In this document: one piece after another, positions 38,189-43,617 of the stretch
How positions within the stretch are numbered: the stretch's first letter is position 1
How the letters are laid out: each line of letters starts with the position of its first letter
Origin: Candidatus Collierbacteria bacterium
Lineage (GTDB): Bacteria > Patescibacteriota > Microgenomatia > UBA1400 > MFAQ01
Assembly: GCA_023245265.1 (NCBI GenBank)
Contig: JAHFKQ010000001.1
Location: forward strand, 1 to 43,617
Direction: 5' to 3'
DNA length: 43,617 bases
Made by a program: the position numbers and the translations under genes
The notes under the pieces: generated by a model
What the model saw: only the letters and a program-made list of their open reading frames with translations
The model's database searches: none
Told to the model about the DNA's origin: nothing

Positions 38189-40504
38189 CTACCCCACCAC
38201 GAAGTTCAAAGCTTTTCCTTTGATATAGATTACTTTTTTTATTTCTCCCTCAGCTAAAAATTTCGCGATTTTTTCCTCTCGCTTCGCCTTTTCAATCACT
38301 TCCTCTTCGGTTGCTTCCGGTTTTATCTCGATCACCCCTCGCACCTTTCCATTTACTTGTACGGCCAAGGAAAGAAACTCACTCACCAAAAATTTCTCTT
38401 CAGCTACCGGAAAGGCTTGGGAGTGAACACTGCCGTGTCCTCCCAGAACCACCCAAAGTTCTTGAGCTACAAATGGGGCCAGTGGAGCGATTACTTTTAC
38501 CATGGCTCGTAAATCCTCGTTTTCAATCGATCCGGTTATTTTTGCTAAACCATTCGTTGTCTCCATCAGTTTCGCCACGACGGTATTAAATTTAAATTCC
38601 TCAAGGTCTTCACCCGCGCTCTTCACCAATTTGTTTATCAATCTTTTCCCCTCCATCTCTTGTCCTGAGTTCTTACCTGCGTGTTCCGTCACCAATTTAT
38701 AGAATCTTTCCAAGAATCGGCTCACACCGATAAGGGATCTTTCATTCCAAGCCATCGTGGCATCAAAAGGCCCCATGAACGACATGTACATTCTCACCAC
38801 ATCGGTACCATATTTACTGGTCATTTCCTCCGGCGCGATCACATTTCCTTTACTCTTACTCATTCGTTTCCCATCGGGCGCCAAGATGACTCCATGAGAC
38901 AAGCGTTTTTTATATGGCTCAGGGTGCTCCTTGGGAACTACGCCCAAGTCAAATAAAAATTGGTATATAAATCTGGAATACAAAAGGTGCAGGGTATTGT
39001 GTTCATCACCCCCAATATACATATCGACCGGCAACCAGTACTTCATTTTTTCCATGTCCGCCAAGGCCGAACTATTTTTTGGATCACAGTACCGGAGGAA
39101 GTACCAGTCGCTCCCCGCCCAGTTGGGCATCGTGTCCGTTTCTCTTTTAGCTTCACCTCCACACTTGGGACACTTGGTGTCGACCCACTCTTTGATATTG
39201 GCGAGGGGGGATTCTCCCGTATCCGTCGGTTGGTATTTCTCTACCTTCGGTAAGACTATCGGCAGCTCATTTTCCGGCACACTGACCCAACCATCTTTTT
39301 TGCACCACACCATCGGGATTGGTTCCCCCCAGTAATGTTGCCGGGAAAAAATCCAGTCACGGAGGTGATAAGACACTTTTTTCTTACCCCAACCCTTATT
39401 TACTACTTCTCCCCACATCCCAATCTCCGGGATGGTCACTGCCTCAAAGCTTATCCCCATCTCTTTTGCAAAGTCCTTATCTCGCTCATCGTGCGACGGC
39501 ACTCCCATAATGGCTCCGGTACCAAAGTCCATCGACACATAATCCGCCACAAAAATAGGTACTTCTTTTCCGTTCAGCGGGTTTATCGCCCGGACCGTTA
39601 ATTTCACCCCTGTTTTTTGTTTTTCTTCTCGATTCTTGATATCTCTCTGTTTATATTTTTCGACATATCTTTTTACTTCGTCATTACCGAATTTTTCTGC
39701 CAACTTATGGTCGGGTGAAATGACCAAAAATTCTACGCCCGTCAAAGTGTCCGGTCTGGTGGTAAACACCCGAATTTTTTCTTCGCTACCCCCTATCAAA
39801 AATTCTATTTCCATCCCCTCTTTGCGGTCTATCCAGTTCACTTGGGCCGCTTTAACCTTTTCGATAAAATCCGTATTTTTCAAACCGTCAATCAGTCTGT
39901 CGGCATAATCGGTAATCTTCACCACCCACTGAGAAATGGTTCTTTTTTCCGTCTCGGCGCCACACCTCTCACACTTGCCGTCGATCACTTCCTCATTAGC
40001 CAAACCAATTTTATCTTTCGGACACCAGTTAATTGGCATCTCTTCTTTATGAGCCAAGCCTTTCTCAAAAAGTTTGATAAAGATCCACTGGGTCCATTTA
40101 TAGTACTCAGGCAGAGTCGTGTTTATTTCCCTGTCCCAGTCAAAAGAAAAGGCCATCCTCTTCATCTGTTCTTTGAACAGTTTGGTTATCCGGTCCGTTG
40201 TGACTTGGGGCTGAATCCCGGTTTTGATGGCGTAGTTTTCGGCCGGTAGACCAAAAGCATCCCACCCCATGGGAAACAAGACATTAAAACCTTTCATTCT
40301 TAGGTATCGGGCGTAGACATCGGAACCGGTCATCGAAAAAGCGTGACCCACATGGAGTCCTTCACCGGAGGGGTAGGGAAACTCGACCAAAACATACTTT
40401 TTCTCTCGCTTGTCAAAATCAACCCCCCGATTTATATCTCTGTCCTCAGGATTATCCATCCACTTCTTCTCAATTTCTCTAAAATCATAGCTCGCCATAG
40501 GCAT
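38189..40504 (-). CDS. leuS: Leucine--tRNA ligase
   Basis: PYPSGEGLHVGH (HIGH), KMSKSKGN (KMSKS), and a CP1/zinc region CERCG...CPKCGG. Confidence 0.96.
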   Translation of the reverse strand: MPMASYDFREIEKKWMDNPEDRDINRGVDFDKREKKYVLVEFPYPSGEGLHVGHAFSMTGSDVYARYLRMKGFNVLFPMGWDAFGLPAENYAIKTGIQPQVTTDRITKLFKEQMKRMAFSFDWDREINTTLPEYYKWTQWIFIKLFEKGLAHKEEMPINWCPKDKIGLANEEVIDGKCERCGAETEKRTISQWVVKITDYADRLIDGLKNTDFIEKVKAAQVNWIDRKEGMEIEFLIGGSEEKIRVFTTRPDTLTGVEFLVISPDHKLAEKFGNDEVKRYVEKYKQRDIKNREEKQKTGVKLTVRAINPLNGKEVPIFVADYVSMDFGTGAIMGVPSHDERDKDFAKEMGISFEAVTIPEIGMWGEVVNKGWGKKKVSYHLRDWIFSRQHYWGEPIPMVWCKKDGWVSVPENELPIVLPKVEKYQPTDTGESPLANIKEWVDTKCPKCGGEAKRETDTMPNWAGSDWYFLRYCDPKNSSALADMEKMKYWLPVDMYIGGDEHNTLHLLYSRFIYQFLFDLGVVPKEHPEPYKKRLSHGVILAPDGKRMSKSKGNVIAPEEMTSKYGTDVVRMYMSFMGPFDATMAWNERSLIGVSRFLERFYKLVTEHAGKNSGQEMEGKRLINKLVKSAGEDLEEFKFNTVVAKLMETTNGLAKITGSIENEDLRAMVKVIAPLAPFVAQELWVVLGGHGSVHSQAFPVAEEKFLVSEFLSLAVQVNGKVRGVIEIKPEATEEEVIEKAKREEKIAKFLAEGEIKKVIYIKGKALNFVVG

Positions 40505-40574
40505 AATTCTACCACTCTCTCGCCTTGATTTTTGAGTTTTAGAGTTTTAGTTTTTTGTCAGTATAATCAAATCT

Positions 40575-41321
40575 ATGCACCTGACCGTCAAAGGTATTCG
40601 CACTAATTATGTCGATATTAACCGCAAAGGCTCAAAAACGATTGTTATTCTTCATGGTTGGGCTTCTTCTCTCTCCTTTTGGTTACCGGTCGCCCAGCTA
40701 CTTTCTCCCCATTGGCGTATTGTCTTGCTCGACTTACCCGGCTTCGGCTTAACTCCTCCCATCGACGACACCCCCGATATTCCCGAGTACACCCAGTTTG
40801 TCAGAAGTTTTACCCAAAAGCTCAAACTAAAGAAATTCATTTTGGTCGGTCACTCTTTCGGCGGTCAAATAGCTCTCGATTATGCTCTCAAGTTCCCAAC
40901 CGATCTTCTTACTTTAATTCTCGTCGCCCCTGCGGCCATCAAGGAAAGATCCCAAATCCTAAAACTCAAGCTCCGTTTGACGAATGCTCTTAAGCCTTTT
41001 TTATCCAAGTCTTCCTATAATTACCTCGAACAATACCTGGGCTGGTATACCCCGACCGATTATGCCCATGCGAATGAGTATCAGAAGAAAGTCCTTCAAA
41101 AAATTGTTAAATATAATTTAAAACCCCTACTCAAGAAGTTATCCGTTTTTACCGATATTATCTGGGGTAGTAACGACTTCATTATTCCCAATGCCGGCAA
41201 TTATTTGACCAAAAATATTTCCCAAAGCCGACTTCATATTATTCCGGGGGCAAACCATTTGCTCAATTTAACCCATCCTCAAGAGCTGGCCAAAGTCATC
41301 GGTGGAATTCTCAATTCCTAG
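40575..41321 (+). CDS. Alpha/beta-fold hydrolase
   Basis: ILHGWASS, the nucleophile elbow GHSFGG, and a C-terminal GANHL region. TATAAT lies 7 nt upstream of the ATG with no SD. Confidence 0.85.
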   Translation: MHLTVKGIRTNYVDINRKGSKTIVILHGWASSLSFWLPVAQLLSPHWRIVLLDLPGFGLTPPIDDTPDIPEYTQFVRSFTQKLKLKKFILVGHSFGGQIALDYALKFPTDLLTLILVAPAAIKERSQILKLKLRLTNALKPFLSKSSYNYLEQYLGWYTPTDYAHANEYQKKVLQKIVKYNLKPLLKKLSVFTDIIWGSNDFIIPNAGNYLTKNISQSRLHIIPGANHLLNLTHPQELAKVIGGILNS

Positions 41322-41333
41322 ATCCGATTACTC

Positions 41334-42407
41334 TCACACATCAAAATCTCCCAGTAAGATTATCTCGTTCTCCAACTCCAAACCAATTGTTTCTTTAGCT
41401 CTTTTGGCTATTTCATCTCTCACCGCCAAATAATCTTTCGCTGTTGCTCCGCCGGTATTAACAATAAAGTTATGGTGGTCGGTGGAAATCATAGCTCCAC
41501 CAACCTTAAAACCGTTCATATTCAAAATATGTTCCACAATGTAGCCGGTCGAGGTTGTCGGATACCCCATGATCTCGGCATCCCGTTTGGATATATTTTT
41601 AAATACACAGCCGGCCGAGTTAAATGGTTGCGAAGATTTTCTTTTTCGCCACTCTTCCGCCACTTCCCTCGCTTTTTGAACATCACCCTTTTTTAATCTC
41701 AAGGTCACCGCCAATATTATTTCACCGGTCTCTTGGAACCTTGATTTGTCATACCCCAGTCTCATTTCTTTAGCCGGAATTTTAGTCACCCCACTATGCT
41801 TATCCAACACTGTCACCTCTTTGATTAGTTCGGCCAAAGTATGGCTCCCCCCGTGAATATTGTTAAATACGGCTCCCCCCATCGTCCCCGGAATTCTGGC
41901 ATACCACTGCAATCCGGTAACTCCTTGTTCAAAAAGGTTATACATTGCCGCTTGCAGGTTTACCCCTGCGTCGATTACCACCTCCACTTCCGGAAAGCGA
42001 CTCTCATCATAATCCAGATCCGTAAAATCGTATTTTTTAGTTCCCTGATCGGCCACTTCCCACCGTGACTCTATCGGGATGACTTTATCCCGATGAAAAC
42101 CAAAAAACTTCTTTTCCCTTATTTTTAGTTCCCCACCACTATTTTGTATTGTTAGACCCTTGATCCCCCCATCACTCACTAAAATATTACTTCCTCCTCC
42201 TATCACGGTGAACGGCACCCCAAAGCTTCTGGCCAGTCTGACGGCTTTGATTAATTCTCCGGAGTTCTTTGCCTCAAAAAATAATTCGGCCGGTCCACCT
42301 ATCTTGAGAGTCGTATGGAGCGACAAAGGTTCATTTATTTTAACCTCTTTGTCTCCCAGTGTTTTGATTAGGCTATCGATATTACTCAAGCTCCTAAATT
42401 CTACCAT
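41334..42407 (-). CDS. murB: UDP-N-acetylenolpyruvoylglucosamine reductase MurB
   Basis: HTTLKIGGPAELF, VIGGGSNILVSD, AGCVFKN and GGAMIS motifs. It contains a ~45-aa internal insertion. Confidence 0.92.
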   Translation of the reverse strand: MVEFRSLSNIDSLIKTLGDKEVKINEPLSLHTTLKIGGPAELFFEAKNSGELIKAVRLARSFGVPFTVIGGGSNILVSDGGIKGLTIQNSGGELKIREKKFFGFHRDKVIPIESRWEVADQGTKKYDFTDLDYDESRFPEVEVVIDAGVNLQAAMYNLFEQGVTGLQWYARIPGTMGGAVFNNIHGGSHTLAELIKEVTVLDKHSGVTKIPAKEMRLGYDKSRFQETGEIILAVTLRLKKGDVQKAREVAEEWRKRKSSQPFNSAGCVFKNISKRDAEIMGYPTTSTGYIVEHILNMNGFKVGGAMISTDHHNFIVNTGGATAKDYLAVRDEIAKRAKETIGLELENEIILLGDFDV

Positions 42408-43617
42408 TTACACCACCAGACAGTCGGCATATTTTTCTTTCAAAGCCAACTCCAATTTTTTCTTACCTTCATAACCAATTGTCAGCAGAATCCTTACCGT
42501 AAACCTTTCTTGTTCATCCACCTTTTCCACCTTACTTCTGGCATCACCTCCAAAGCGGCTCACCATTTGCGCCAACTCTTTCGATATTCCTATTTTATTT
42601 TCTCCTTTAATCAAGATCGAAGTATACCGGCCCTTGACTATCCCCATTTCATCTAGTTTTCTTCTAATGGTGTTCAGGTCAAACCCATATGCCACCTTGT
42701 AGTACAAGTCATTTACCCCATTCCAACATCCCAGATCCATCAGCATTTTATCTACCACTTTAGTTTCCAAATCCAGTAAATTTAAGACACCTCTTTCTCT
42801 CAATACTTCTGCCATCAATATTTCTTTTCCTCGTCCCACTTCTTCGTCTCTTTGTGAGATTAAGAGTTGTTGCTCTACCAGCCGTTTGGTATGGGCATTC
42901 CCATAACGAAGCCAATCAGCTTTTGGTTTTGTTTGTTCCTGGTCGAAAATAATTTCTACCAAGCTGGCATTTGGGACCACCATTTCCAGTTCACACATTT
43001 TCCCATCGACTAACATTCCGACTGCCCGCAGTCCCAGAAGCGGATTTAATTTATATGCCAGGTCAATGCCCGTAGCTTCCAGCTCCATAAAAAACAATTC
43101 TTTCTTCGGGGTAAAGATTTTTTTTCTTTTAAAAAGTTCCGGGTTCTTTATAATTTCTTCTTGGCTCAAGCTCACTACTCCCCAATTATTAAAGTTTTCT
43201 CGGTTTTTGGTAGAGAAAGCTATCTCGACATCACCCTCTTCGAAGTGATAAGTGTCGTGCAAAGCCGAGTAACCATTATTGGCTTTATTGACAAGATAAT
43301 CATTATGCCTCTGCTTCATGAGTTTTTCCCCATACAGCATTCGGACCATCCCCAGCGCTTTATAACAATCAGCCAGGTTTTCTTCTTCCAAAATAATCCT
43401 GAAACTTATTGCATCGGAAATATCGGCGAAACCATTGGTCCGGGAACTGGCCCGCATACCAAATTTCTTCTGTTTCTCGGCCATTTCCCAGTATCCTCCC
43501 ACTTGATGTTCTACTTTGGCCTTGAGTCCGGCTTTTCTTAGTTGGTCACCGATTTCATTTTCTCGTTTCTCTACAAAATAAATATTTAACCTCGGATCTG
43601 AATCAATTTTCTCCTTA
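42408..43617 (-). CDS. Long RelA/SpoT homolog (synthetase, TGS, ACT-like C-terminus); N-terminus lies beyond the window end
   Basis: The frame stays open upstream of the track's GTG to the window edge (KEKIDSDPRLNIYFVEKRENEIGD...). Synthetase block ISDAISFRIIL...DYLVNKANNGYSALH...VEIAFSTK. TGS-like FTPKKELFFMELEATGIDLAYKL...GMLVDGK. Confidence 0.85.
   Translation of the reverse strand, partial: KEKIDSDPRLNIYFVEKRENEIGDQLRKAGLKAKVEHQVGGYWEMAEKQKKFGMRASSRTNGFADISDAISFRIILEEENLADCYKALGMVRMLYGEKLMKQRHNDYLVNKANNGYSALHDTYHFEEGDVEIAFSTKNRENFNNWGVVSLSQEEIIKNPELFKRKKIFTPKKELFFMELEATGIDLAYKLNPLLGLRAVGMLVDGKMCELEMVVPNASLVEIIFDQEQTKPKADWLRYGNAHTKRLVEQQLLISQRDEEVGRGKEILMAEVLRERGVLNLLDLETKVVDKMLMDLGCWNGVNDLYYKVAYGFDLNTIRRKLDEMGIVKGRYTSILIKGENKIGISKELAQMVSRFGGDARSKVEKVDEQERFTVRILLTIGYEGKKKLELALKEKYADCLVV

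Noticed and set aside
38311-40249. Long antisense ORFs within leuS, and similar ones within the kinase, the MPE gene, the ATP-grasp genes and the RSH gene
   Set aside because: These are shadow ORFs opposite strongly supported genes. They have low-complexity or Ser/Pro-rich translations and no signals.

Overview
The window looks like a small-genome, CPR/Patescibacteria-type bacterium; this placement is my inference. It uses the standard code, with TGA as a stop, and has many intrinsic terminators and sigma70-like promoters. All calls are by-eye motif reading; no searches were run.

**rRNA organisation.** All rRNA and tRNA parts lie on the minus strand in canonical order but far apart.
- The 16S (27555-29047) has its own promoter, processing stem and terminator-like hairpin.
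- About 2 kb of protein genes follow, then tRNA-Ile(GAU) with its own terminator.
- About 19.7 kb and roughly 28 genes follow, then tRNA-Ala(UGC), the 23S and the 5S.
- The 23S carries an ORF-less 292-nt group I-like intron in the peptidyl-transferase centre.

**Accessory clusters between the rRNA pieces.**
- An HD-phosphohydrolase / Nudix-fold island (9.7-17.3 kb) is built from a duplicated module. Three of its operons share a conserved 17-nt element exactly 7 nt downstream of the -10 box.
- A CHASE histidine kinase and a receiver protein sit behind a 671-aa tandem metallophosphoesterase-like protein.
- Two C39-like cysteine peptidases flank a membrane-anchored SNase-like protein.

**Candidate novel system.** The strongest candidate is a tightly packed four-gene operon at 33.3-37.4 kb. 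It encodes a 7TM protein, an ATP-grasp ligase fused to a retropepsin-like protease, and two RimK-like ligases.

**Housekeeping genes.** These include leuS, murB, mnmA, a Dus-family tRNA-dihydrouridine synthase, a long RelA/SpoT homolog (partial at the window edge), an FNT channel, a DsbA-like protein, a HAD hydrolase, an MBL hydrolase and an isochorismatase-like hydrolase.

**Other points.** Several genes appear leaderless, with the -10 box 5-9 nt before the ATG. No CRISPR array, transposase or integrase was seen.
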